Shown one piece after another: positions 37,741-49,924 of a stretch of 64,000 nt of DNA (positions within the stretch are counted from its first letter, which is position 1; every line of letters starts with the position of its first letter). Under the pieces are notes generated by a model. That model searched no databases and was not told the origin of the DNA. It saw only the letters and a list, made by a program, of their open reading frames with translations. The position numbers were made by a program, and so were the translations under genes. Source of the DNA: Escherichia virus TH38. The stretch is from the sequence record MT446410.1; one strand, written 5' to 3'.

Positions 37741-40700
37741 ATGGCTAACATTAAACCGTGGGAAGAAGCTTCCAAAGCTCCTGCGTATCTGAATGCCTCT
37801 CCGGAGCAACAAGCTCAAATGAGAGAACAATATAAGGCAGCAGGTGGCTCTATTCCTGAGGAACAACCAGTAGCACAACCACAACAAGAAGAACGTGGTG
37901 CTATAGGTGAGTTTGCTCAAGGTGTGTCAAATGCTCTTCAATCTGGTGGTGCAAATATTGCAGCTAGTGCTGCTAAAGGTATTGGTGGTTTAGTTGAGAT
38001 TGGTGAGAATCTAGCTGGAGCACAAACTAGTTATGGTAAGCGTATCCAAGAGAACTCTCAGAACCTTCTGAAAGAACGTATGGATAAGATTGAGGATGGG
38101 ATTGGTAAAACTGTCGGTCAGTATGCTGGCGTTGCTGGTGATATCGGTTTGACAGTTGCTAACCCATTGGCTGCTGCTGCTATCATCGCAGGTCGTGAGA
38201 CAGGTCGTGCATATGCAGACCAAACCCCTGAAGAGGGAGAAGATAAGTCTATTCTAGATGCAGCCTTAGTTGGTGGTGCTAACTATGCGGCTCAGAGAAT
38301 CCTTCCAGGTGCTGTCGGTACAGCTGAGTCCACACTTGGACGTATTGGTCAGAACGTTGCTAGTAACGCAGTGGCTGGTGCTAAAGGTGGTGCTCTTGTG
38401 GGTGCTGCTGAAGCTCAGAATAAGCACGGAGATGACACAACCTTTGCCAATGTATTAGAAGGTGCTATCGAAGAAGGTGCTATGGGTGCTGCATTCGGTG
38501 GTGCAGTTGGTGGGGTTCATGGTTTGATTAGCCGTCCGGATTCTGCTGTCTTCAAGAATACTCCAGAGTATGCGAAGACTGATATTGCTGCTGATGATGA
38601 ACTAATTCGTAGTGCTAAGAATATTGATGAACTGAAAGAAGCTTACTCTAAAGCTGAAACTGCTAACGCTGCTTCTGCTCTTAACCTTCTGGATGAGAAT
38701 GGATTCCGTATTACAGATGCTGTTGCTGTAGATTCTCCTGCTGCTCAGCGTATTCTTAATACTGACCAAGTTCGTGCTGAGAAAGCTGCTTCTGTTCAGA
38801 AAGAACATTCCAACATTCCGGGCCTTAATCCTTTAGCTTCTCCTGCTAAGACTCGTGGTAAAGCATTTGCTGATAATGAGCACAACCAGAAGCAGGCTGT
38901 TGCTATGAAGGATGCAATGGCTGACTACACCAAAGACAACACGAAAGCTCTTACAGATGTTCTAGATAACCTAGACCGTGAATTAACTTCTCTCCGAGCT
39001 TCTGGTGATTTTACTGGTAGTCCGATTGATATTAAGAATCGTACACAAGCTGACCGTGATTTCATTGATGCTTACAAGACTTTCTACAATGAAGCAAATC
39101 GATTCAAAGCTCGTGAAGGTGAAGATTTTAATAACTTTGTAGAGAAAGCTACTGAACTACAGAAGATGGCTGATAATGTTTCTCCAGAGATGAAGAAAGC
39201 TATCGGTGGGTTGAAGAAACTGAAAGGTATGCCTGAAGGTTTTAATCCTATTCAAGATGCTTACACTCTGAACAATACAGCTAAATTCATGAGCAACCAA
39301 GATCGTGGTTGGACTTCCTTGACTGATGATGGATTCCGTGAGGCTTCTTCTCCTAGTCTGGTGATGAACACTCTCGGTGCTGCTAAATATGCTCTGAATC
39401 GCTTCTCTTCTCAGCGTGCCCGTTCTCAACGTGTTAAGCAACAAGAGTCTAATAGTGAAGCTATCCGCTCTCTGGCTCGTGGTGATTTGGAAGTTGCTCG
39501 TGCTAAATCTACTGCTGATGAAGCTCGTGCTAAGATGGAAGAAGAACCAGTTGTTGATGACATTAAATTTAAGACGCAAAATGACGTGGAAACCGAACCG
39601 GTTCGGGAGCCTTCTTCTAGTACTGTGACGGAAGAAAATCTTCCTTCTTCTACTCCTCAAGAAACCCCTCTCACAGCTCGTGATTTAGTTGCGCAAAGAC
39701 GCGCTATCCGTCAGGCTGAACAGCGTCGCGCTGAAGAAGAGGCAGCAGCAGCTCAAGAAGCTCCGGTCGAACAAGCTCCACAGGCTGAACCTCTCCCTGC
39801 TCGTAACCCTCTAGAGGAGCGTCGTGCAATGGAACAGCAACGTGCTCAAGAAGAGGCCGCACAGGCTCCAGAACCAACCGTAGAGGAACCAACAGTCAAA
39901 GCTGAGCCATTACCTGCTCGTGCTCCTAAAGCTCCTAAGGAAGCTGTACAGGACGTTAAACCGGCAAGTGGTGTAGAACGTTTAGCTGCTATGTCTAGTG
40001 CTGCTCGTCAGGCTACTAAAGATCGTGCAGAACGCTTTGCTCGTTCTCTGTACTCTAAGGCTGCTAAAGCTAAAGCTACTGCTGAAAACTTCTTGGCTTA
40101 TAAAGGCGATCCTAAGGAACTGATGCGTCGTATTCGTCAGGAAGATAATGCTATCAACACTGAACGTCATGAAGAAATGGCTCGTAACCAGCTGGCCTCT
40201 CAGCAAGGTATTGCTACTGCTAAGAACAACACTGTACGAACTAATTTTGCTGAATGGGTTAAAGAACGTGGTCTGCCAGAAGACATTGCTACTAAGGCAT
40301 TACGTGCTGAAGAGAAAGGTTTAGGTGGGAACGTAACTAACTTGGATAGTCTGAAACGTCGTGCTGAAAGGTTGTATCAGAAGCAGCGTGAGGATGAGTT
40401 TGATAGACTGTACCAACAAGCTCTAGAAGAGAACAAAGCTTTCGATAAGAAAGATGCTCCTAAACTGGTTGATCAGAAGAAAGAGCTTCAGTCTGAGATT
40501 GATGCTTTGATTGATTCAGAACCTTTACGTCCTGCTCAGAAAGATGCTATGCGTAAGCTGATGAATGACTTTGTAGATGGGAAGTTTAAATCTTCAGAGA
40601 AGGCTGGTAGGGAAGAGGCTTTGGAAGTTGGTCAGATGAAGGATATTTGGGATGGGTTTATTAACACCTACAACAGAGAAGTGAATGCCTTCAACAAAGC

Positions 40701-42162
40701 TAACAAGAACTCTCAGTACGAAGCTGCTGCTAAGCACTTACAGGCTCGTGAAGAACGTCTTGCTACTCTGAAAAACAAAGCTCAGGCTCGTTCAGATGCT
40801 AAGGCTGCTGTTGAGAATGAACGTAAAACTCTAGAGGCTATTGCAGCTCAGAAGAGTGAGATTGAGAAGATGATGGAAGGTTTACCTAAACCTGTTCGTG
40901 AGGCTCAGGAATCTCGTACATTGAAACAGTTGGCTGCTCACCATGACAAGAACTCTCCAGTTCCTCCAGAGAAGTTCCGTAGTTACATTGAACGTATCCA
41001 CAACGCCGAGTCAGATTACCTTGATCGTCAGCGTCGTTTAACTGATGCAGAGGAAGATGCTCGTCAGGCCAAGTGGAACAAGATGTATGAGCAAGCGGAA
41101 GAAATGAACCGTAAGTTTGATGTGGACAAGAGAGTTAAGCGCAGTGAAGAGCTTAAAGCGGCCCAAGAGCGTGAGAATGACCTTATGGCAGTACAACGTC
41201 AACGTGATGACATTCATCGCCGCCTGATGCGTACTATGGAAGATAAGGGCATATCTAGAGAGGATGCTGAAGCATTTGCTGGTTCCTATATGGATAACCG
41301 TTATGCACTTCTTGAGAAGCCTATGACTCCTACTGAACATCAGAATGCTCGTTCTCGTATCGAAGCTGATGTTGAGAAGTTTGCTAAGAAGTATGAATCA
41401 ATGACCCCTATCGAGAAAGAGATTGTTAAGGTTACTGGAGATACTGAAGGTAAGCTTGATAACTTGGATGCGGATACCAGGAAGGCTATTGAGGAGGCTC
41501 AGAAGGTTGACTCTGATATTAAGAAACTGCAAGAGGAAGAGTTGGAGATGGAGAAGATTCGTTCTGCTCTGCCTGATGATGAAAGATCTCAAGCAAATTC
41601 TGATATCTTGGAAAGCATTAAACAACAGGAAGAGGTCTTTGCTGATAAAGTAGAGAAAGCTTTCTTGAGTGGGAAAAGCTTGGATGAGTTGGTTAGTGTG
41701 GCTGAAGTTTTAGACAGGGTTCATGGTGCAGATAAGGCTGGTAACAACCGTCGCTTTGTACGTGCATTGCAGACTGCTGCTGAAAACAAGAAGAAGTATG
41801 GTGATAATCCAGTAGCTTGGTTTAGTGCTGATGATTACTCTGCCATTGCTAAACTTGGTGCTTCTTCCGCAGGTGGTAACAAATCCAGAGCACTGGAGAA
41901 AATCTTTGGTTCTACAGCTGAACAGGCTAAGAGTAAGTTGCTTGGTAGGGATGATGTAGCGAAGATGAGACGTGTAATTGAAGAGAACCCTGATATTAAG
42001 ATTCCTTCTTACAAGACAACCAATCGTACTGAGTACTTGCAGTTCTTGGAGAAGTTTAATGACGAAGGGAAGCCGAAGATTAAACGTGGCTCATTGTCAG
42101 AGAAGCTTGAACGCAGTAAGCGTCAATCGAGACTCCGTGTAAGAGTTCGACCTAAGGAGTGA
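37741..42162 (+). CDS. Giant internal virion/ejection protein (start adjusted to ATG with AAGGAG RBS)
   Basis: About 1470 aa, Ala/Glu/Lys/Arg-rich coiled coil, last gene of the virion block. Confidence 0.55.
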   Translation: MANIKPWEEASKAPAYLNASPEQQAQMREQYKAAGGSIPEEQPVAQPQQEERGAIGEFAQGVSNALQSGGANIAASAAKGIGGLVEIGENLAGAQTSYGKRIQENSQNLLKERMDKIEDGIGKTVGQYAGVAGDIGLTVANPLAAAAIIAGRETGRAYADQTPEEGEDKSILDAALVGGANYAAQRILPGAVGTAESTLGRIGQNVASNAVAGAKGGALVGAAEAQNKHGDDTTFANVLEGAIEEGAMGAAFGGAVGGVHGLISRPDSAVFKNTPEYAKTDIAADDELIRSAKNIDELKEAYSKAETANAASALNLLDENGFRITDAVAVDSPAAQRILNTDQVRAEKAASVQKEHSNIPGLNPLASPAKTRGKAFADNEHNQKQAVAMKDAMADYTKDNTKALTDVLDNLDRELTSLRASGDFTGSPIDIKNRTQADRDFIDAYKTFYNEANRFKAREGEDFNNFVEKATELQKMADNVSPEMKKAIGGLKKLKGMPEGFNPIQDAYTLNNTAKFMSNQDRGWTSLTDDGFREASSPSLVMNTLGAAKYALNRFSSQRARSQRVKQQESNSEAIRSLARGDLEVARAKSTADEARAKMEEEPVVDDIKFKTQNDVETEPVREPSSSTVTEENLPSSTPQETPLTARDLVAQRRAIRQAEQRRAEEEAAAAQEAPVEQAPQAEPLPARNPLEERRAMEQQRAQEEAAQAPEPTVEEPTVKAEPLPARAPKAPKEAVQDVKPASGVERLAAMSSAARQATKDRAERFARSLYSKAAKAKATAENFLAYKGDPKELMRRIRQEDNAINTERHEEMARNQLASQQGIATAKNNTVRTNFAEWVKERGLPEDIATKALRAEEKGLGGNVTNLDSLKRRAERLYQKQREDEFDRLYQQALEENKAFDKKDAPKLVDQKKELQSEIDALIDSEPLRPAQKDAMRKLMNDFVDGKFKSSEKAGREEALEVGQMKDIWDGFINTYNREVNAFNKANKNSQYEAAAKHLQAREERLATLKNKAQARSDAKAAVENERKTLEAIAAQKSEIEKMMEGLPKPVREAQESRTLKQLAAHHDKNSPVPPEKFRSYIERIHNAESDYLDRQRRLTDAEEDARQAKWNKMYEQAEEMNRKFDVDKRVKRSEELKAAQERENDLMAVQRQRDDIHRRLMRTMEDKGISREDAEAFAGSYMDNRYALLEKPMTPTEHQNARSRIEADVEKFAKKYESMTPIEKEIVKVTGDTEGKLDNLDADTRKAIEEAQKVDSDIKKLQEEELEMEKIRSALPDDERSQANSDILESIKQQEEVFADKVEKAFLSGKSLDELVSVAEVLDRVHGADKAGNNRRFVRALQTAAENKKKYGDNPVAWFSADDYSAIAKLGASSAGGNKSRALEKIFGSTAEQAKSKLLGRDDVAKMRRVIEENPDIKIPSYKTTNRTEYLQFLEKFNDEGKPKIKRGSLSEKLERSKRQSRLRVRVRPKE

Positions 42163-42171
42163 TAAAAGAAA

Positions 42172-42210
42172 AGCCCTCAAGGAGAAATCCAAGAGGGCTT
42201 TATTTGTTTC
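42172..42210 (+). terminator. Terminator at the convergence point of the two blocks
   Basis: agccctc...gagggct hairpin followed by ttatttgtttc. Confidence 0.5.
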
Positions 42211-42527
42211 TAAGTTTTAAAAACCATCAAATTCGTCATACATCCCAATTCTCTTCAGAAGTCTGGATGTTCATCTTCAAAGCATCCTGAGATGCCTCCG
42301 TAGAACCAATCTGATTTACTTCCAAGAATAACAACTTCTTCATTCATATAACTCCCCCTAGATTGTGTTTATAAAATTAGTAAGTTTCTCTTCACTTTCA
42401 TCAAAAGCTTTTCCAGCTGCTTCCATCTCCCAAGTATCGGCATTGTCAATAAAGCTCTGAGCTTCTAGTAGGTCATGGATTAAGTCGAAGAGTTTATTTT
42501 TATCTGCTTGTGTGATCATGTCAGTTC

Positions 42528-42755
42528 CTAGATTAAATCATAATACTGAATAATGTCAGAGAGTTTGAATTCTCGAATCTCATCTTTCTCTACATCTATT
42601 GCTGTCATAATCCAACAAGGTTTGCCACCGTTATGAAAACGGGAGCTAGCAACGGAGGTTCGGAGTGGAATAACGGACCGGTCAGAAACCTCGCCTCTCC
42701 AATTGCGATAGCGAAAGCGAAGCACTTGTTGCGTAGATTTTTGATCATCACTCAT
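42528..42755 (-). CDS. Hypothetical protein (start adjusted to just after the HNH stop)
   Basis: ORF. Confidence 0.35.
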   Translation of the reverse strand: MSDDQKSTQQVLRFRYRNWRGEVSDRSVIPLRTSVASSRFHNGGKPCWIMTAIDVEKDEIREFKLSDIIQYYDLI

Positions 42756-43149
42756 TTCCTTTTTTGAATTGTTTTCTTGCATCATTCTCTTCTTTTGTTT
42801 TAATCTTATGACAAGGGTCTTTACACAGAACCTGAAAACCTTCTTTCTCACACAGAGCACGAGAGATGATCTCATCCCAAGTTGCTTCGTGGTCAAGAGG
42901 AACTATAGGTTCTATGTGGTCAATAGCCATATCCTTTACAGGGTGGTCAGAACCACACATGGCACACTTAAAGTGCATTGCCAGTCTACCTGTCTTTGGA
43001 TTAATCTTCTGCTCTGTCTTGGCGTCTGCTAGTGCATCGAACATGGGCTTCCACTTTCTAGTCAGAGAACGAATCCCTGACTTGATGAAAGAGTTGTAAC
43101 GAGCTTCAGTCCACATTCCACTACAGCGAGTCTTCTCAGACTTCGCCAT
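42748..43149 (-). CDS. Small HNH endonuclease
   Basis: CAMCG...HP...IDHIEPI...CHK. Confidence 0.55.
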   Translation of the reverse strand: MAKSEKTRCSGMWTEARYNSFIKSGIRSLTRKWKPMFDALADAKTEQKINPKTGRLAMHFKCAMCGSDHPVKDMAIDHIEPIVPLDHEATWDEIISRALCEKEGFQVLCKDPCHKIKTKEENDARKQFKKGNE

Positions 43150-43328
43150 AATCAGCTTCTTCCCAAACTCGTTTGTTTACACGATGGCTCACCTTACCCT
43201 CACGAGGAATACGACCAGTTCTCTGATCAAACAGTTGATGTTTAATCTTTTGGTCTTTACGAGATTCACGGTTGGAGTAGTTTTCATCATATGAACGATA
43301 ATCAAATTTACCCATTATAATATCCTTA

Positions 43329-44171
43329 TTACCAAGATTTATCTAACCATGTCCAGTCGAACAGGTCTTCAGGAGTCTGACCAACAAAGAGCAGCCGCGC
43401 ATTCTCAAGCATCTTCTCTTCATCTTCAGTATCGAACTTCTTATAATATTCCATTCGTACTATATGATACATGGTCCACTTATCTGTAACACCAGCTAGT
43501 AATTTAGCTGCTGCCTTCTTCCCTACTCCTTGACGTCGAAGCTGAAGCTTACCACCCCACATGACTTCTTCACGTTCCCCACATCCGGGAATATTATCCG
43601 TACCGTCTCCAATCAACATTTGATAGAAGAAGTTTTGCCATGAGACTAAATCAGATACATAGTGAGGAGGGACTTCTTTCTGCCTTTCTCCACAAGCCCA
43701 GCGATAATGCCATCCGGGAGTTATCAACAAATCCTTGTCTCTGGTACAGATGATAGTATTCTTATCCCTACGTTGCCTTTCAGCTAGTGCATCATCAGCT
43801 TCTCTCCCAAAGACCTCAATGTATTCGTACTTGGCTTTAATGTAATCACCAACGTTTTGCCAATGAAAAGGTCTTTCTCCGGGAGGTCTGTTTGCCTTGT
43901 AGTCTTGTTGCTTAGCAACATCGAAACGGAAGTTACCACCTTCGCTGAAGTAGAATACAACCTTACTGCAACCTGAGCGAGATATGATCGTATCAATCTT
44001 GTACTGAAGTCGTTCAATCATGAAATTGTAATCAACTGGAACACGTCCTGTGTCAAGAAAAGGATGCTCCTGAGTAAGAGCACCCACTTCATATCGAAGA
44101 ACGTCAGCATCCACTAGAGCAACTTCAGGGAGCTTAACTTCTTCCATAAATATCATCCCGAGCTTGATCAA
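43329..44171 (-). CDS. 5'-3' exonuclease / flap endonuclease (FEN)
   Basis: GREADD and GDGTDNIPG motifs. Confidence 0.6.
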   Translation of the reverse strand: MIKLGMIFMEEVKLPEVALVDADVLRYEVGALTQEHPFLDTGRVPVDYNFMIERLQYKIDTIISRSGCSKVVFYFSEGGNFRFDVAKQQDYKANRPPGERPFHWQNVGDYIKAKYEYIEVFGREADDALAERQRRDKNTIICTRDKDLLITPGWHYRWACGERQKEVPPHYVSDLVSWQNFFYQMLIGDGTDNIPGCGEREEVMWGGKLQLRRQGVGKKAAAKLLAGVTDKWTMYHIVRMEYYKKFDTEDEEKMLENARLLFVGQTPEDLFDWTWLDKSW

Positions 44172-44735
44172 TAATCCAATCTAGATCTAACACTGCTGAT
44201 TCAACAGTTGAGTCATTATACAGTAGATATGTTTTTCTCTGCTCACCTTCAATATATGAGCGAGAATCTCCCTCAAAAGAGCAACCATCTCTAAGAACTT
44301 GGACAACTTGGACATGGAAATTCTTTTCTAGTTCTCGTACCTCTGCATCAAAACCTCCGTCAGTAAACACGACAATATCATCCTGACCTAGCCCTTCTTG
44401 TTTGATGCTCTTTACAGCAAGAGTCCCCATATGATTATTGCCAAACATAGGTTTTAAGAAGTCTTCACTTGTAGAAATCATCAGATCTCTTACAGACTTC
44501 CCTCCCCATTCTGATCTAGGTTTTTCTTTCCATTCACGATCTTCATAGCGTGCTAGAAAGTTTTCTAGAGGTATGCCTAGTGCAGCAGCAGCTACCTTAT
44601 ACATTGGCTCCTTGAAGGATTTGGTTAAATAGCCATGATGGTAAGAGTGTGCATTTACCCAAGCACTAGCTATCGTATCTTTACCACAACCCGGAGGTCC
44701 ATTGAGAATTACTACTAAGGGTTTAGACTCACTAA

Positions 44736-44745
<10 letters not shown>
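44134..44745 (-). CDS. Deoxynucleoside monophosphate kinase-like P-loop kinase
   Basis: ILNGPPGCGKDT. Confidence 0.55.
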
Positions 44746-46231
<1,486 letters not shown>

Positions 46232-46232
<1 letters not shown>

Positions 46233-46492
46233 TATTTTATTCCACGCTCTTTCAGAGCTTCTAACAATCCATTGTGATTAGCAGCACATTCTGTGTACTG
46301 GTCCTGATACCACTCCAACGTAGTGGCTAGTGCCTTTCCTTGAGCACTCTCTAAAAGAGGTAGGTCAACCCTACATTCAGCTTTTAGGTTTGTTGGTAAG
46401 GGCATTGATTGCCTGCTGTTGTCGCTCATTGAACAAGCTGACATACTCATCACTAGCGCAGACATTATAAAAAACTGGTTTAGTTTTCTCAT
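46232..46492 (-). CDS. Putative lipoprotein-like small protein (o-spanin-like candidate), overlapping the upstream gene
   Basis: Internal start MRKLNQFFIMSALVMSMSAC (signal peptide + Cys); Pro-containing mature part. Confidence 0.3.
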
Positions 46493-46727
46493 AATGCATC
46501 TCTTTATAAACGGTTTCCGTGTTCTTCTTCCAGTTAGATATACCGGTAAGAACCCTCTGAGCAACTTCATCAGCTGCCCTACTTCTTTCAATCTCTAACT
46601 CTTGCTGGTGCTTCTCTTTGTCCAGATTACTGCTATCTGTTCTGTACTCATTAAACTTCATACCACCAAAGAATACAAGAGCTGAGAAGATAACAAATCC
46701 TAGATTATCACTTAAAGTGCTTTGCAT
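46377..46727 (-). CDS. N-terminal TM + coiled-coil protein (i-spanin-like candidate)
   Basis: Start adjusted to ATG with GGAG RBS; TM FVIFSALVFFGG then a charged helical region. Confidence 0.35.
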   Translation of the reverse strand: MQSTLSDNLGFVIFSALVFFGGMKFNEYRTDSSNLDKEKHQQELEIERSRAADEVAQRVLTGISNWKKNTETVYKEMHYEKTKPVFYNVCASDEYVSLFNERQQQAINALTNKPKS

Positions 46728-46740
46728 ATTGACTCCAACG

Positions 46741-46763
46741 AAAAAAGCCACCCGGAGGTGGCT
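46741..46763 (-). terminator. Rho-independent terminator (minus strand)
   Basis: agccacctccgggtggct plus T6 on the minus strand. Confidence 0.6.
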
Positions 46764-46784
46764 AAGCTATAACAAGGAGAGTTA

Positions 46785-47531
46785 TTAGAATGGGCTATCG
46801 TTGTCGTCTTCGTAAGTAGAAGCAGGCTCTTTATCAATCGTAGGGATTGAAGGAGTAGCTTCTTTCTGCTCTGTTTCAGAAGCACGAGTAATTTCACGAC
46901 CAGCCAGAGGCATGTTCTTAGCGTCATTAGCTTGAGTAAGCAGGTTGCGCTGGAACGGGAACATCAGTTGATAGGATGCTACGTTCTCATCGGTTTCAGC
47001 ATACGGTTCGAAGAATACCAGAGGACTACGAGCTTCACCAACTGCTGCACGATATTTGGTTGGGATTGGAGAAATGGTCTTGATGGAGTTTTTAACTTCA
47101 CCAGCTTTGTTAGTGTAAGAGTTAACCAGAATGTTAACAGGCTGACCTAACAGAACATCCTTGAACCAAGACAGATCACCTTTCAGTGCTTGAATACTTG
47201 GGTCAATCATCTTGCAAAGATCAAGAATACCAGAGTTCTTAGCTCGTGGGTTTACATCATAGCTCTTGAACTGGCAAGCCGGACGTGGTTCTAATGCCTT
47301 ACCATCGGAATCTTTACCAGTAGCATCAACACCAATCAGCTCGAAAGCTAAATCCATACGGAAAGCCGGATTCTTAGGAGTTACTGCTTTGGTCTTCGGG
47401 TCAATCCAAGGGTCACGATTGTGAACACCCAAACCTACCACACGAACGATACGTGCTTCGTATTCACCATCAGGGATTACATCGTAGTTGGATTTACGGG
47501 AAGCAGTTGCGATAGTTGGAATCATAGACAT
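46785..47531 (-). CDS. Putative single-stranded DNA-binding protein
   Basis: Acidic C-terminal tail ending YEDDNDSPF, as in SSB C-termini. Confidence 0.45.
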   Translation of the reverse strand: MSMIPTIATASRKSNYDVIPDGEYEARIVRVVGLGVHNRDPWIDPKTKAVTPKNPAFRMDLAFELIGVDATGKDSDGKALEPRPACQFKSYDVNPRAKNSGILDLCKMIDPSIQALKGDLSWFKDVLLGQPVNILVNSYTNKAGEVKNSIKTISPIPTKYRAAVGEARSPLVFFEPYAETDENVASYQLMFPFQRNLLTQANDAKNMPLAGREITRASETEQKEATPSIPTIDKEPASTYEDDNDSPF

Positions 47532-47590
47532 ATTTTAATTTCCTTATTTAATTTGAAAGATTGTTGCTCTCTTTGAGCGGTTATGTATAG

Positions 47591-47599
47591 TATACATTA
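47591..47599 (-). promoter_or_regulatory. TAATGTATA motif (minus strand) upstream of the SSB-like gene
   Basis: Within palindrome tatgtatagtatacatta, 60 nt upstream of the 47531 start. Confidence 0.4.
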
Positions 47600-47662
47600 C
47601 GCTTATACCGATAAGAGTACTATATAATATAAGTATCTTTGGTAGTAGATATAACACACTAG

Positions 47663-47671
47663 TAATGTATA
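47663..47671 (+). promoter_or_regulatory. TAATGTATA motif on the plus strand in the same intergenic region
   Basis: Seen directly; no annotated plus-strand target. Confidence 0.3.
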
Positions 47672-48077
47672 TATTGTATAGCTGATAAAGTTATTGCAGG
47701 CTTGTATATTGGGCAATTCACAGAATCCCTTGCAAGTACCGAAGGGCAGGAGCCACCTGCGAGATAAAAATAGAGAATTAAGGAATCCTTGATTTAGGTT
47801 GTAGGGACTCCTAGGGACTTTGATTCTCTATTTAAAAGAATATTAATTACTTATTACCTAAATAATTAACTAACTTACTTAAACCAAATTCAAGAATAAT
47901 AGATAAAAAGATTATTCCTAAGAAAGCTAAAAAGTAAAGGATATAAGTTACCATTCTAGTAAACCTTTAAAGTTAGTTTGTTCTACTATCCTCTGATAAC
48001 GAAGATTAGAATCAGCTTGTTTCTTTAACATCTCATTATATTGATCTCTGATAGAGTCTTTATGTACTACAGGTTCT

Positions 48078-48581
48078 TTAAATAATGAGATCTTGTTCTT
48101 TTCTTCTTTCATCAAAGACCTTCCTAATCTCTTGCAGAGAAACAGCTTTATAGTTAATTTGCTCCATTGATGTACAGAAATATCTCCAATCATCAATTAC
48201 ATGGTTATGAGTATGAGCATAAATATTAAACTTCCCTCTCATTTCATCAGTGTGAATAGGAATATGAGTTACCCAAAACTCTTTATATTTATAATCACCA
48301 GAGATTCTACGGAAGACTTTCATCATATCAGGGAGAAGTTCTAACCTGTCATGGTTCCCTAAGACTAGATGCTTCTCTCCTTTTACTTCAGCGATGATAT
48401 CAAGGGCATACTTTTCAAACACCCAATCACCGGTAAAGAAGATTTTGTCTCGCTTAGTTACATGATCAAATGCAGCTAGAATTGCTTTGTCATGTTCTTC
48501 GATGGTTTTAAATTGCTTACGAAAACTACAGATGTTGCGATGACCTAAGTGACCATCTCCTGCAAAATAAACTTCAGCCAT
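48078..48581 (-). CDS. Calcineurin-like metallophosphoesterase
   Basis: GDGHLGH, GDWVF and GNHD motifs. Confidence 0.6.
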   Translation of the reverse strand: MAEVYFAGDGHLGHRNICSFRKQFKTIEEHDKAILAAFDHVTKRDKIFFTGDWVFEKYALDIIAEVKGEKHLVLGNHDRLELLPDMMKVFRRISGDYKYKEFWVTHIPIHTDEMRGKFNIYAHTHNHVIDDWRYFCTSMEQINYKAVSLQEIRKVFDERRKEQDLII

Positions 48582-48590
48582 AAAGACCTC

Positions 48591-48806
48591 TTAGATAGTA
48601 CACCCATCACAAGTTAAGTCACCTAGCAGGGACAGGGAAAGTAATCTGGATTGCTCATCGCTGTATAGTTGATCAATCTCTTCTTTAAGTTTTGCCAACT
48701 CCATAAAGTTAATGAGCTGACCATGTTCGAGGCAGTCTGTTTTTAGTACGAACAAAACTTCAGCGTTGGTTGAGTCTTCGCTTGAGTATTTATCGATATA
48801 TTCCAT
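48591..48806 (-). CDS. Hypothetical protein (71 aa)
   Basis: ORF. Confidence 0.35.
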   Translation of the reverse strand: MEYIDKYSSEDSTNAEVLFVLKTDCLEHGQLINFMELAKLKEEIDQLYSDEQSRLLSLSLLGDLTCDGCTI

Positions 48807-48962
48807 TTTACACTCCCTATCATTATGACCAAGATTTAGCTTTTACTTCAACATATGTTTTAACTTCACCTTTCAATACTTCCTGAGAGGCATTTGCACT
48901 TTCTTCAGAGTGATGTACAACGGTGATCTCTTTCTTTCCAATCTTATAAGTGTGAATCCAAA

Positions 48963-49163
48963 TCATACCTCTTCCTCATATTCCCAATTTCTTTCATAAT
49001 ACCCAGAGTTGTAGTTTAGGGCGCACTTCTCGGCCTCTTCTATGTCGTCAGTGTTTAGGATATTTACCCATCCTCCAACTTCATCAAAACCTTCTTCTAC
49101 TTCGTTAAACCATACACTATACTTTTTCATCGAGAAGTTCTTCCCCAATCTTTTACATAGCAT
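48963..49163 (-). CDS. Hypothetical protein (66 aa)
   Basis: ORF. Confidence 0.35.
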   Translation of the reverse strand: MLCKRLGKNFSMKKYSVWFNEVEEGFDEVGGWVNILNTDDIEEAEKCALNYNSGYYERNWEYEEEV

Positions 49164-49299
49164 CGACCGTTAACCCACTTTGTCTCTGACTTAAATTCCT
49201 GAGACAATCTCACCTCACAGTCTTCTCTACTGGCATCTCCTCCGATATCAATCAGATACAGGAATAGAGCTATACCTAAAGCCCAAAGAATTATCTTCT

Positions 49300-49710
49300 T
49301 CATCGAATCACCAAAGGCTCTTCAGAGTACACAGGAGCGGCTATTTCTACAGGAGGTGCTGCCCTAAGGTCATTAAGTCTTACGCCCTTCAGCATACCGT
49401 CTAGGTGGTCCTTTTTGGGGATTCCAACAGGGAAGTCGTCAATCCAAACATCGACGAAGAAACCTAGCTGTCGACAGACCTCATCCTTCTGTACACCATT
49501 ACAAAAGATAATAGGAATCTGCAAACACTCTGCATCAATCTTAATGTCGTGGTTATCGTACCCATTAGGCTCTGCAAAGCGATAAGTTACAAAGCGTACA
49601 TCGTAGCCCTTTTCTTGCATTAATGCCACCACAGAGCGCCACAGCTTTTTATCTGAGGTGTAAGTGTCATCGTAATCTAAACCAATATTCATGTCAAATC
49701 CTTTAGACAA
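49300..49710 (-). CDS. HAD-like phosphatase (DxDxT), possibly a 5'(3')-deoxyribonucleotidase
   Basis: IGLDYDDT. Confidence 0.4.
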   Translation of the reverse strand: MSKGFDMNIGLDYDDTYTSDKKLWRSVVALMQEKGYDVRFVTYRFAEPNGYDNHDIKIDAECLQIPIIFCNGVQKDEVCRQLGFFVDVWIDDFPVGIPKKDHLDGMLKGVRLNDLRAAPPVEIAAPVYSEEPLVIR

Positions 49711-49738
49711 GAAAAGCCGCCCGAAGGCAGCTTCTTAT

Positions 49739-49915
49739 TTAACTGTTCACTTTAGCTTCAAGTGTTTCGTTTTCAATACTCAAGTCAATCACTACACCAG
49801 TAAGCTCAACGACTGCTTGGCGAAGGGCATCTTTACCCATAGAGTGTACTTGAGATAAGAAGAAAGCTTTACCTTCTTCAGTGGAGAGGGTTTCTTTTAA
49901 TTCAGAAGCAGTCAT
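49739..49915 (-). CDS. Small protein (58 aa) missing from the ORF track
   Basis: ATG with AAGGAA RBS; MTASELKETLSTEEGKAFFLSQVHSMGKDALRQAVVELTGVVIDLSIENETLEAKVNS; terminator-like hairpin follows. Confidence 0.4.
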   Translation of the reverse strand: MTASELKETLSTEEGKAFFLSQVHSMGKDALRQAVVELTGVVIDLSIENETLEAKVNS

Positions 49916-49924
49916 TGATATTCC

